From: Vicinamibacterales bacterium
GTDB taxonomy: Bacteria; Acidobacteriota; Vicinamibacteria; Vicinamibacterales; JAMQPK01
Assembly (NCBI GenBank): GCA_963811435.1
Contig: CAWERD010000006.1
Span: 1,627,967 to 1,691,966, forward strand
Reading direction: 5' to 3'
DNA: 64,000 nt
Shown here: positions 8,297-17,348 of the stretch, piece after piece
Layout: each line of letters starts with the position of its first letter
How positions within the stretch are numbered: the stretch's first letter is position 1
Program-made: the position numbers and the translations under genes
The notes under the pieces: model-generated
What the model saw: only the letters and a program-made list of their open reading frames with translations
Database searches by the model: none
Told to the model about the DNA's origin: nothing

Positions 8297-9187
8297 ATGA
8301 CGATTCGAATCACCACGACGCGCGCGGTGATCGCGCTGGTTCTGGCGCTGGCCTACGTGGGGCTCACGCCCGCCACTCCCGCGGCCGCCGATCGCGAGCA
8401 TCAGCAGATCATGGCCGACCTGCGAATGCTTCAGGAGCAGACGCAGCAGCTGCAGGCGTTGATGAACGACCTTGGCGAGGCGCTCAGGGCCGTCAACTCG
8501 CGGATCGAAGACCAGACATCGCTCGAGCGGAAGGCGTTCGCCGACGGCAAGGTGCAGATCGACACGATGACGGGCGACCTTCGCGTCGTTCGCGAGAAGG
8601 TCGACGAAACCAACGTGCGGCTGGGCACGATTACGCAGGAGCTGGAATCGATCAGGCAGGCGATTCCCGAGCCCGGCGCGTTCATGAATGCGCCGGTCAA
8701 CCCCGTCACCAATGACGCCGCCGCCACACCAGGCGCGGCGCCGCCGGGCATGGCACCTCCGCCGGTGACCGGAACCGCGACGCCGCCATCGGTCGCCGGC
8801 GTGCAGCCGCAGCGGCTCTTCGACGGCTCGTACGCGGACTACACATCGGGAAACTACTCGCTGGCGGTTCAGGGGTTCGAGCAATACCTGCGCGCGTTTC
8901 CGAAAAACACACGCGCGCACGAGGCACAGCTCTATGTGGCCGAATCGCTCGCGTACGACAAGAAAGACAGTGACGCCGTCGTCGCGTACGAGCGCGTCAT
9001 CGCGAATTATCCGGGCTCTGCTTCGGTGCCGACGGCCTACTACAAGCGCGGCCTTGCGCTCGAGCGCCTCGGCGAATCCGCTCGCGCCAGGGAATCGTAT
9101 GAAGCCGTCATCAAACAGTTCCCGGATGCTCAGCAGGCAACCCTGGCAAAGCAAGCGCTCGAAAGACTCAGCCGGCCCGGAAGATAG
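8297..9187 (+). CDS. cpoB: Tol-Pal system protein YbgF/CpoB (coiled coil + TPR)
   Basis: Signal peptide, N-terminal coiled coil (DLRMLQEQTQQLQALMNDL...), and C-terminal TPR-like repeats (YADYTSGNYSLAVQGFEQYLRAFP...). Last gene of the tol-pal operon. Confidence 0.85.
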   Translation: MTIRITTTRAVIALVLALAYVGLTPATPAAADREHQQIMADLRMLQEQTQQLQALMNDLGEALRAVNSRIEDQTSLERKAFADGKVQIDTMTGDLRVVREKVDETNVRLGTITQELESIRQAIPEPGAFMNAPVNPVTNDAAATPGAAPPGMAPPPVTGTATPPSVAGVQPQRLFDGSYADYTSGNYSLAVQGFEQYLRAFPKNTRAHEAQLYVAESLAYDKKDSDAVVAYERVIANYPGSASVPTAYYKRGLALERLGESARARESYEAVIKQFPDAQQATLAKQALERLSRPGR

Positions 9188-9288
9188 TTTTTCAGTTTTC
9201 AGTTTTCAGTCGGCAGTTTTCAGTAAGATCACCCAGTTTACTGATAACCAATAACTGAAAACTGACAACTGAAAACTGACGACTGAAA
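9188..9288. repeat. intergenic hairpin whose arms are tandem heptamers (TTTTCAG / CTGAAAA)
   Basis: Left arm tttttcagttttcagttttcagtcggcagttttcagta. Right arm actgaaaactgacaactgaaaactgacgactgaaag is its imperfect reverse complement. The element ends 10 nt before the ssb ATG and overlaps the aagagg SD. Confidence 0.9.
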
Positions 9289-9298
9289 GAGGCACAGC

Positions 9299-9751
9299 AT
9301 GGGAAGCGTAAATAAGGTCATTCTGGTGGGCAACCTCGGGCGCGATGCCGAGTTGCGTTACACACCGGGCGGCGCCGCGGTGGCAACCCTCAATCTGGCG
9401 ACCACCGAGGTCTTCAAGGATCGCGAGGGCCAGAAAAAGGAAGACACGCAGTGGCACCGCGTGATTCTCTGGGGCAAGACGGCCGAAACGCTGCAGGATT
9501 ACCTGACGAAGGGCAAGCAGATCTACGTCGAGGGCAAGCTGCAGACGCGCAAGTGGAAAGACAAGGACGGCAACGACAAGTACACGACTGAAATCAGAGG
9601 CGATCGCGTCGTGCTCTTGAGCGGCGGCGGTGGAGCCCGCGGCGAGAGCGGCGGCGGACGCGGCAGCAGTTCCTCGACCGAAGAGTTCGCCCACGCCGAA
9701 GCCGGCGGCGGCGGGTCGGTGGAGCTCACCGACGACGATATTCCGTTCTAA
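9299..9751 (+). CDS. ssb: single-stranded DNA-binding protein
   Basis: OB-fold N-terminus ([22 protein letters not shown]...[12 protein letters not shown]), Gly-rich linker and acidic tail ending DDDIPF. Confidence 0.96.
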   Translation: MGSVNKVILVGNLGRDAELRYTPGGAAVATLNLATTEVFKDREGQKKEDTQWHRVILWGKTAETLQDYLTKGKQIYVEGKLQTRKWKDKDGNDKYTTEIRGDRVVLLSGGGGARGESGGGRGSSSSTEEFAHAEAGGGGSVELTDDDIPF

Positions 9752-9757
9752 CGCTCG

Positions 9758-9820
9758 TCATGGCAAATCGATGATGGCAGATCGTACTCTCTGCCATCAT
9801 CCATCTGCCCTCTGCCATGA
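9758..9820. terminator. bidirectional hairpin between convergent ssb and cupin genes (ATGGCAG/CTGCCAT units)
   Basis: tcatggcaaatc gatgatggcaga tcgtactc tctgccatcatc catctgccctctgccatga. Core 12-bp perfect stem (9770-9781 / 9789-9800) with flanking repeated units. Confidence 0.6.
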
Positions 9821-9831
9821 CAGGCATCAGT

Positions 9832-10179
9832 TCACCTAATCCGTCCGTACCGATCCTCCAACCTCACGACATCGTCCAGCTCCGGCGTCGAGACCTCGAA
9901 GATGTCGCTGTCTTCGATGGCCGTCATGCGGTGGATCGTGTGCGGCGTGATGTGCACGCTCTCGCCGGGAAGCATCTCGCGCCTGGCGAGCGTGTCGCCT
10001 TCCTGAATCTCGAACAGCAGCTTGCCCGTCCAGAGAAAGATCGTCTCGTCCTTGACGTTGTGGTACTGCAGGCTGAGCGCATGGCCCGCCTTCACGTGCA
10101 GCACCTTGCCGACATAACGCTCGGTCTTCGCCCAGTGAAGCTCGTGGCCCCATGGCTTGTCGACTTTAGTGACGCTCAA
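9832..10179 (-). CDS. cupin domain protein (small mannose-6-phosphate-isomerase-like cupin)
   Basis: 115 aa. KPWGHELHWAKTERYVGKVLHVKAGHALSLQYHNVKDETIF...VHITPHTIHR carries cupin motifs 1 and 2. Confidence 0.8.
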   Translation of the reverse strand: MSVTKVDKPWGHELHWAKTERYVGKVLHVKAGHALSLQYHNVKDETIFLWTGKLLFEIQEGDTLARREMLPGESVHITPHTIHRMTAIEDSDIFEVSTPELDDVVRLEDRYGRIR

Positions 10180-11953
10180 GAATCCTCCGGCTCGTCAGCG
10201 CGTCGGTGAGGAACTGTTCGATCTCGGGCGCGCTCTCGAGTTTCAGGGCGCGGGCGGCGATGACACGCAGCTCGCGGGTGTCCAGTTCCTGAATCACCTG
10301 ATGCGCCACCGGAATGGCGGCCGGCGTCATGCTGAATTGCACGAGGCCCATGCCCACGAGCAGGGCCAGCACGGCGGGATCCGACGCCATCTCCCCGCAG
10401 ACCGACAGCGGCACCTTGCGCTTCGCGGCCGCGCGGCGGACATGGCGAATCAGCCGCAGGATCGCCGGGTGCAGCGGCTCGTACAGATGCGAGACGCGCT
10501 CGTCGGTGCGATCGACCGCGAGGCAGCATTGAATCAGATCGTTGGTGCCGATGGTCAGAAAATCGCACTCGGCCGCGAGCAGGTCGGCCGTAAACGCCGC
10601 AGACGGCACTTCGATCATCACGCCGACCTGCAGCGGGCCACGCGCGGCTCGCCGCGCGCCTGAACTTCCTGCCGCGCCTCGGCCAGCACGCTTCGCGCCT
10701 CGCGCAGCTCCTCGATGCCCGACACGAACGGAAACATCACGCGAAGATCGCCGTGCGCGGCGGCGCGCACCAGCGCACGCAGCTGCGTTCGCAGCAGCTC
10801 GCGCCGCTTCAGCGTCAGGCGGATCGAACGGAGGCCGAGCCGGCTGCGCGGCACTTCGTAGCCCGTCGCCCACAGCGCGTCGCGCCGATGCTCGCCGCTG
10901 GCCAGCTGATCTTCGTCGATGTCGAACGTGCGAACCGTCACCGGCGCCGGCCGCATCGTCCTCGAGCAGCTGCCGATACACCTCGTACTGCATGTCCTCG
11001 GTCAGCTCGTCTGCCGGACGTCCGGCGAGCAGCAGCTCGGACCGGAACAGCCCGATGCCTTCGGCGCCCTGCGCTCGCGCAAACGACGCGTCGCCGAGCA
11101 GATCGACGTTCGCCTCGACTCGAATCTGCACGCCGTCGGCCGTCGTGAAGCGGCCCGCCGAGCGGAGCCGTCGTGGTGTCCGCCTTCAGGCGGACCATCG
11201 ACCTGCGCGTACCGCTGGAGCCCGACGCCAGCGACTGGACCAGGTCCGGCGGCGGATCGATCGACACCGTCCCTTCCTCGCCATCGACGAGGATCAGCGT
11301 GCCGGGCGTGATTTTCTCGGTCGCATCGTGCAGCCCGACGACCGCCGGGACGTGGAGCGAGCGCGCGAGAATGGCCGTGTGATAGGTGCGGCTGCCGGCG
11401 TCGGTGATGAACGCCTGAAACTTGCTCCAGTCGAGCTGCGCCGCAATCGAGGGCGGCAGCTCGTCGGCCACGAGCACGCACGGCGCCTCGCACTCGCCGC
11501 AGCACGTCGCGGAATCCCGAGCCGCCAGGCGTCAGGTTCATCCGGAGCGCGACCGACCACGTCGGCCAGATCGCCCTTCCGCTCGCGCAGGTAGGGATCT
11601 TCGACCGCGTCGAAGATCGACGCCGAGATGATCGAACACCTGCTGCAGCGCCCACTCGGCGTTCACGCGCTGCTCCCCGATGATCGACGCCGCGCGCGGC
11701 AGCAGCATCGGATCGTCGAGCATCAGCCGCTGCGCCTCGAACAGCGCGCCGAGATCGCTGCCCGGCAGCCGATGCTGAATGCGATCGAGCTGCTCCGCCG
11801 ACCGGCGCCGCGCCTCCTCGAGCCGCGCGATTTCCGCGCCGATGCGCGTCGCGGGAATGGAGAAACGGAGCGACCTGCGCCCGCTGGATCAGCATGACTG
11901 CGCGTCCGGCGCCCGACACCCGGCGATACGCCGATGCCGCTCAAGCGCTGCAC
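10166..11953 (-). pseudogene. ptsI: phosphoenolpyruvate-protein phosphotransferase (PTS enzyme I), many frameshifts
   Basis: EI segments are scattered over all three minus frames. Examples: QRLSGIGVSPGV (start region), MLDDPMLLPRAASIIGEQRVNAEWALQQVFDHL, LVADELPPSIAAQLDWSKFQAFITDAGSRTYHTAILARSLHVPAVVGL. Further segments: IRVEANVDLLGDASFARAQGAEGIGLFRSELL, VTVRTFDIDEDQ...LRVMFPFVSGIEELREA, and VGVMIEVPSAAF...LTIGTNDLIQCCLAVDR...SVCGEMASDP. Confidence 0.88.
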
Positions 11954-12235
11954 GTGTCCTCGCCGAATCCGCGTCTCGATGAAGCCGCAGAGCGCGTCGA
12001 TCGCCGCCTGCTCGTCTTTGCCATCAGCCGAAACGGTCACCACGCGTGCCGGTGGCCGCCGCCAGAAGCAGAATGCCCATGATGCTCTTGCCGTCCATCG
12101 TCTGCGACCCGCGCGAGACTCGCACCTGCGACTGAAACCCCGACGCGAGATGCACGAACCTCGCGGCCGCCCGCGCGTGCAAGCCCGAGGTTACACTGGC
12201 GATTCGCGACTCCCGGCTCGACGAGGTCGCGGACA
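11941..12235 (-). pseudogene. ptsH: phosphocarrier protein HPr, frameshifted; boundaries approximate
   Basis: NLGLHARAAARFVHLASGFQSQVRVSRGSQTMDGKSIMGILLLAAATGT is in one frame and VVTVSADGKDEQAAIDALCGFIE in another. A likely ...FGEDTCSA* end is in a third frame, with its stop at 11941-11943. The start was not resolved. Confidence 0.6.
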
Positions 12236-12265
12236 GGATCCGAAGCCCGAAGCCTGAAGCCGTAT

Positions 12266-12676
12266 CACGTCTTCACCTCCGCGTGCAGCAAGTCGGACGC
12301 GACCCAGATCGCGTTGCGGCCGACCTCGCGCATCTCGCGCGCGACGGCAAGCAGATCGGACGAGCTCTGCAGATGCGCCAGCTTGATCAGCATCGGCAGG
12401 TTGACGCCCGTGATGATCTCGACGCGGTTGGTCTCCAGAAACGTCAGGCCCGAGATTCGACGGCGTGCCGCCGAACATGTCGGTGAGAATCAGCACGCCC
12501 GCCGGCCTCTGAACCCGCGCGATGGCCTGCGCGATCGCCTCGCGCGCCACCGTCGGGTCGTCGTGCCAGCCGATCGACACCGCGACGAACTGCGGCAGAT
12601 CGCCGACGATCGTCCTGGCTGCATTCACCAGCTCGTTCGCGAGCTGCCCGTGAGTCACGACGATGACGCCGATCAT
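12266..12676 (-). pseudogene. PTS EIIA component, mannose/fructose/sorbose family, one frameshift near 12470
   Basis: MIGVIVVTHGQLANELVNAARTIVGDLPQFVAVSIGWHDD...VLILTDMFGGTPSN is the EIIA-Man signature. The C-terminal part (...TNRVEIITGVNLPMLIKLAHLQ...LLHAEVKT*) continues in another frame to the stop at 12266-12268. Confidence 0.75.
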
Positions 12677-12780
12677 CGGATGCTCTCGTTTTCCGTCTAC
12701 CGTTAGCCGTTCACTGTCGGCCTGTCACGTTACGACGCCCAGGGTTCGGTGGACGGTGAACGTGCACGGTCGACGCTTCC

Positions 12781-13699
12781 CTATTCATGCGTGATATCCC
12801 GATGGTGCACGCGCACGCGCGTGCCCGACACGCCGCCAAGCGTTTTGCGAAGCGCCTCTGCAATCATCACCGATCGATGGCGTCCGCCTGTGCAGCCGAT
12901 GGCAATCGTCAGGTAGCTCTTCCCTTCCGCCACATACTGCGGAACCAGAAATTTCAGCAGATCGGTCAGCCGGGCCAGCAGCTCGCCTGTCGCGCGATGT
13001 CTTCCATGAACTTGACGACCGCACGGTCGCGGCCGGTCTTCGGCCGCAGCCGCGGCACGAAATGCGGGTTCGGCAGAAACCGCACGTCGAACACGAGATC
13101 CGCATCCATCGGAATGCCGTGCTTGAACCCGAAGCTCACGAGCGTGACCGCCAGCTTGGCCTTCTGGCCCCTTTGACGTCGCCCGATGAGAACGCAAACG
13201 TCTTGAACGCCTGACGCAGCTGATGCACGGTCAGATCCGACGTGTCGATGATGTGATCGGCCATCGACCGGATCGTGTTCATCCGCCTGCGCTCGGCCTT
13301 GATCCCTTCCGACGCCGATGAGTCGGGCGCAAGCGGATGCGGCCGCCGCGTCTCGCTGAAGCGCCGCACCAGCGTGGCGTGCGTGGCCTCGAGAAAGATC
13401 AGCGCCGGGTTCAGACCCTTTCATGCTCGCGAAGCTTCCGATACGTCTTCGGAAACTCCGCCAGAAAGTTCTTCTCGCGGATGTCGACGACGATGGCCAC
13501 GCGCGAGATGCCCTCGCGGCTGCACCAGATCGGCCAGCGTCGGGATCAGCGTGGTCGGGATGTTGTCGACGCAGAAATACCCGAGATCCTCGAGCGCCCG
13601 GATGGCCTGCGATTTTCCCGAGCCCGACAGCCCGGTGAGCACGATGAAACGCGCCTGGCGCGCTGCGTCGTCGCGGATGCTTCGGCCGTCGACAGTCAC
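12781..13699 (-). pseudogene. rapZ: RNase adapter / nucleotide-binding protein RapZ (YvcJ family), about 4 frameshifts
   Basis: P-loop start [48 protein letters not shown]. Then [14 protein letters not shown]..., [44 protein letters not shown] and [21 protein letters not shown] appear in different frames. Confidence 0.87.
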
Positions 13700-14746
13700 G
13701 GCTCTTCTCCGGTGTCCGGCACGTCCTCGATTTCCGATTCGTCCAGCTCGTCCATGCCGGCCAGCTGCAGCTGATGCTCGAGCCGCTCGGCGAGCTTGCG
13801 CGCGGCGTGGTGCCCGCGCGCGCGCAGCAGCTGGTTGCGCGCCGCGATCTCCACGAGGATCGCGAGGTTCCGCCCGGCGCCACCGGCATGCGAATCAGCG
13901 GCAGCGGCAGATTCAGAATCTGGTAGCGCTCGTCGGCCAGCCCGAGGCGATCGTAGTCGCGCCGCGCTTCCCATCGCTCGAGCTGCACGACCAGCTCGAT
14001 CCGCTTCGACGTCCGCGTGGCGGCAATGCCGAACAGATCCTGAATGTTGATGACGCCGAGGCCGCGGATTTCCATGTGGTGGCGCGTCAGCTCCGGGACA
14101 GGTGCCGATCAGGATCGTTTCGGCGCGGCGTCGCACTTCCACGGTGTCGTCGGCGACGAGCCGATGCCCGCGGACGATGAGATCCAGCGCGCACTCGCTC
14201 TTGCCGATGCCGCTCTCCCCGACGATCAGCACGCCGAGCCCGAGGATGTCGAGCAGGACGCCGTGCAGCAGCTCGCGCACGACGAAGCTGTCTTCGAGCA
14301 TCGCCGTGACCTTCGCGATGGCGATCGGCGTGGGCACCTGCGGTGCGCAGCACCGGCAGGTTGCACCGCTCTGCCTCGAAAATCATCTCGCCGAACACCC
14401 GCAGCCCGCCGGTGATCAGAATGCACGGCACTTCGTCGTGCTCGCACACTTTCCGCATGGTGTCGGTGCGATCGCCGGACTGCAGGCTCTCGAGATAGCG
14501 GACTTCGCTGTTGCCGAAGACGAGCACGCGGCCCGGCGCGCAGGTATTCGTGGAACCCCGCGAGCGCGAGGCCGGTCTTCTGCACGTACGGGCTCGGTGA
14601 TGCGGCGATCGAGGCCGCCGCTGCCGGCGAGAAGCTCGAGATCCAGGCCCAGCGCTTCGGGGCGGCTCTTGAAGCAGTCCGCCGACGGTCACGCCTGGCC
14701 ATGCTGCGGGGGCCTGGCACGCTCGTCCTCGCTCGACAGCGCTCAT
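13696..14746 (-). pseudogene. hprK: HPr kinase/phosphorylase, at least 4 frameshifts
   Basis: Segments VTVADCFKSRPEALGLDLELLAGSGGLDRRI, YVQKTGLALAGFHEYLRAG, RVLVFGNSEVRYLESL...CILITGG and LHGVLLDILGLGVLIVGESGIGKSECALDLIVRGHRLVADD (P-loop). [16 protein letters not shown] also occurs; the segments are spread over three frames. Confidence 0.87.
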
Positions 14747-15112
14747 GCTCGTCGGCGCGAGCGCGTCGCGCGCACCTGAGCGGCAGGCGCAGGTTCCGAA
14801 CGGATGCGGCCGACCGCTTCCGCTCCTGCCATTTGCCTTTCACCGTCTCGGCCTGCTGCAGCACTTTCTGACCGCAGCAGTCAGCGACGTGCTCCACGAC
14901 GCCGGTCGCTGCCGATGCCGTGCAGGATGTGATCCTGGCGCGCGTGAACGTCAGATTTCCGCCACGAACCGGTTCTTCTCTTGCGAGAGCACGACCTGCG
15001 CCGAGACCAGCGCGTCGCTGAACCGGCGCTCGAGCTTGGCAAGTCTGGTCTCGACGAGGCGTCTGAGCGTGGGAGTGATTTCGACCTGACGGCCGGTGAG
15101 CAGTAGGCGCAT
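14743..15112 (-). pseudogene. hpf: ribosome hibernation promoting factor / sigma-54 modulation protein family, frameshifted
   Basis: MRLLLTGRQVEITPTLRRLVETRLAKLERRFSDALVSAQVVLSQEKNRFVAEI then changes frame (…HILHGIGS..., ...LTAAVRKVLQQAETVKGKWQERKR...). The putative stop overlaps the hprK ATG (ATGA). Sits immediately downstream of rpoN as in many bacteria. Confidence 0.65.
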
Positions 15113-15119
15113 GCGATGA

Positions 15120-16545
15120 TCAGTACAGCACCTTGCGCTGATTGGAAGTGGGGATCTTCAGCTCCTCGCGGTACTTCGCGATCGTGCGCCGCGCCAGCAC
15201 GAGCCCCTCGTGCTGCAGGATGCTGACGATCTTCGAGTCGCTCAGCGGCTTGCGCGGGTCTTCGGCCTCGATGATCTTCCGGATGCGCTGCTTGATGGTG
15301 ACCGACGACACGCTCTCGCCGTAGGAGCTGCTGATGCCGCTGTGGAAGAAGTACTTCATTTCGAACACGCCCTGCGGCGTGTGCATGTACTTGTTCGTCA
15401 CGACGCGGCTGACGGTCGACTCGTGCATGCCGATGTCGCTCGCCACGTCGCGCAGGACGAGCGGCTTCAGGTACTCGATGCCGTGATCGAGAAAGTCGCG
15501 CTGGAAATTGATGATGCTCGTCGCGACCTTGTGGATCGTCTTCTGGCGCTGCTCGACCGACTTGATGAGCCACAGCGCCGAGCGGAACTTGTCTTTCACG
15601 TAGGCGCGCGTCTCGGTCGTGTTGTCGGCGCTCTTGTCGAGCAGCCGGCGATAGACCGGGCTGATGCGCAGCTGCGGCAGCCCTTCTTCGTTCAGCACCG
15701 CCACGTACTGGTCTTCGACCTTCACGACGTAGACGTCGGGAATGACGTAGTGCGACTGCGACGGGTTGTACCGGCTGCCGGGCTTGGGATCGAGATGCCG
15801 GATGATCTCGACGTGCTCTTTGAGATCCTCGATCGACATGCCCGAGGCGCTTGGCGATCTCGGGCACCTGATGGTTCTGCAGCAGCCGCAGGTGCTCGGT
15901 GACGATCTTCTCGGTCGGCGTGCCTTCGAGACCGATATGCCGGAGCTGCAGCAGCAGGCATTCCTGCAGGTCGCGCGCGGCCACGCCGATGGGATCGAAG
16001 CCCTGCACGAGCTTCAGCGCCTTCTCGACCTCCTCGACCGGCCAGGGCCCCATCGCCGCGATCTCGTCGAGCGAGGCGACCAGCATGCCGTCGTCGTTCA
16101 GGTTGCCGATGATGGCCGCGCCGATATCGCGCAGCTGGTCGTCGTCGGGCAGCAGCGAGAGCTGCCACAGCATGTGATCGGACAGCGACGAAGACGTCGC
16201 GAGCGTGTTCTCGATGGGCGGCAGCTCTTTGACTTCCTGCGGCGTGTGCGGCCGGTAGCCGTCGTCGAGATAGTCGCCGAAGAAATATTCGTAGTCGCTG
16301 TCGTCCCAGGAATCGCCCTTTTCCTTGGCCTCGGCTTCGGTCTTCTCGGCCTGCGCCGCGGCTTCGGCCGGCTGAAGGTCCTCGGTCGGCACCTCTTCGA
16401 GCATCGGGTTTTCGACGACTTCCTGGTTCAGCAGATCGGCCAGCTCGAGCGTCGACATCGGCAGCAGCTTGATGGCCTGCTGCAGCGACGGCGTCAGAAT
16501 GAGCTTCTGAACGAGCTTTGTGTGTGATTTCTGCTGGATCGCCAT
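15120..16545 (-). pseudogene. rpoN: RNA polymerase sigma-54 factor RpoN, single frameshift near 15841
   Basis: N-terminal region I/II is in ORF 14881..16545 (MAIQQKSHTKLVQKLILTPSLQQAIKLLPMSTLEL...). The C-terminal core-binding, HTH and RpoN box are in ORF 15120..15839 (...ESTVSRVVTNKYMHTPQGVFEMKYFF...ARRTIAKYREEL). The junction reads EIAKRLG|MSIEDL. Confidence 0.93.
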
Positions 16546-16616
16546 AGCCCGTTTATCGTCGACATCCTCCTCGTGTCCGGCTTCATCAGATCCATCTTAA
16601 GTCAGTTTTCAGTATT

Positions 16617-17348
16617 TCAGTCGAGACGGAACTCCGTGCCCAGATAGATGCGGCGCACTTCTTCATCAGCCGCCAGCGTCATCGGGCGTCCCGCTGTGGA
16701 AGATGCCGCCGTCGTGGACGATATAGGCGCGATCGGTGATGCGGAGCGTCTCGCGGACGTTGTGGTCGGTAATCAGCACGCCGATGCCGCGATCTTTCAA
16801 GATGAAAAATGATCTTCTGGATGTCGGTGATGGCGATGGGATCGATGCCGGCGAACGGCTCGTCGAGCAGCAGGAACTGCGGCGAGATGACCAGCGCGCG
16901 CGTGATTTCGGCGCGCCGCCGCTCGCCGCCCGACAGCGTGTAGGCCGGCGCTGAGGCCAGCGATGTCAGATTCAGCTCGGCCAGCAGCTCGCGGCAGCCG
17001 CGCGCGCCGTCCGGCCGTGATCCAGATCGAGCGTCTCGAGAATCGCGAGGATGTTCTGCTCGACCGTGAGGCCGCGAAAAATCGACGGTTCCTGCGGCAG
17101 ATATCCGATGCCCTTGCGCGCCCGCGCGTACATCGGCAGCGTCGGTGACATCCTCGCCGTTGAGAATGACGCGGCCCGAATCGGGCGCCGTCAGCCCGAC
17201 CGTCATGTAGAAGGTCGTGGTCTTGCCCGCGCCGTTCGGGCCCGAGCAGGCCGACGACCTCGCCCGAATTCACTTCGAGGCTGACGCCGCGCACGACCGT
17301 GCGGCCGCCGTACGACTTCGTGAGGTCTTGCGTCCGGAGCGTCGCCAT
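16617..17348 (-). pseudogene. lptB: LPS export ABC transporter ATP-binding protein LptB, about 5 frameshifts
   Basis: MATLRTQDLTKSYGGRTVVRGVSLEVNSGEVVGLLGP is followed by a frame change inside Walker A ([21 protein letters not shown] in another frame). The signature [44 protein letters not shown] and the end [19 protein letters not shown] are also recognisable. Confidence 0.88.

Noticed and set aside
12966-14075. 369-aa minus-strand ORF as a single gene
   Set aside because: It is a chimera. Its N-terminus is an HprK fragment ([16 protein letters not shown]) and its C-terminus a RapZ fragment ([18 protein letters not shown]…). They are joined by out-of-frame filler caused by the local indels.
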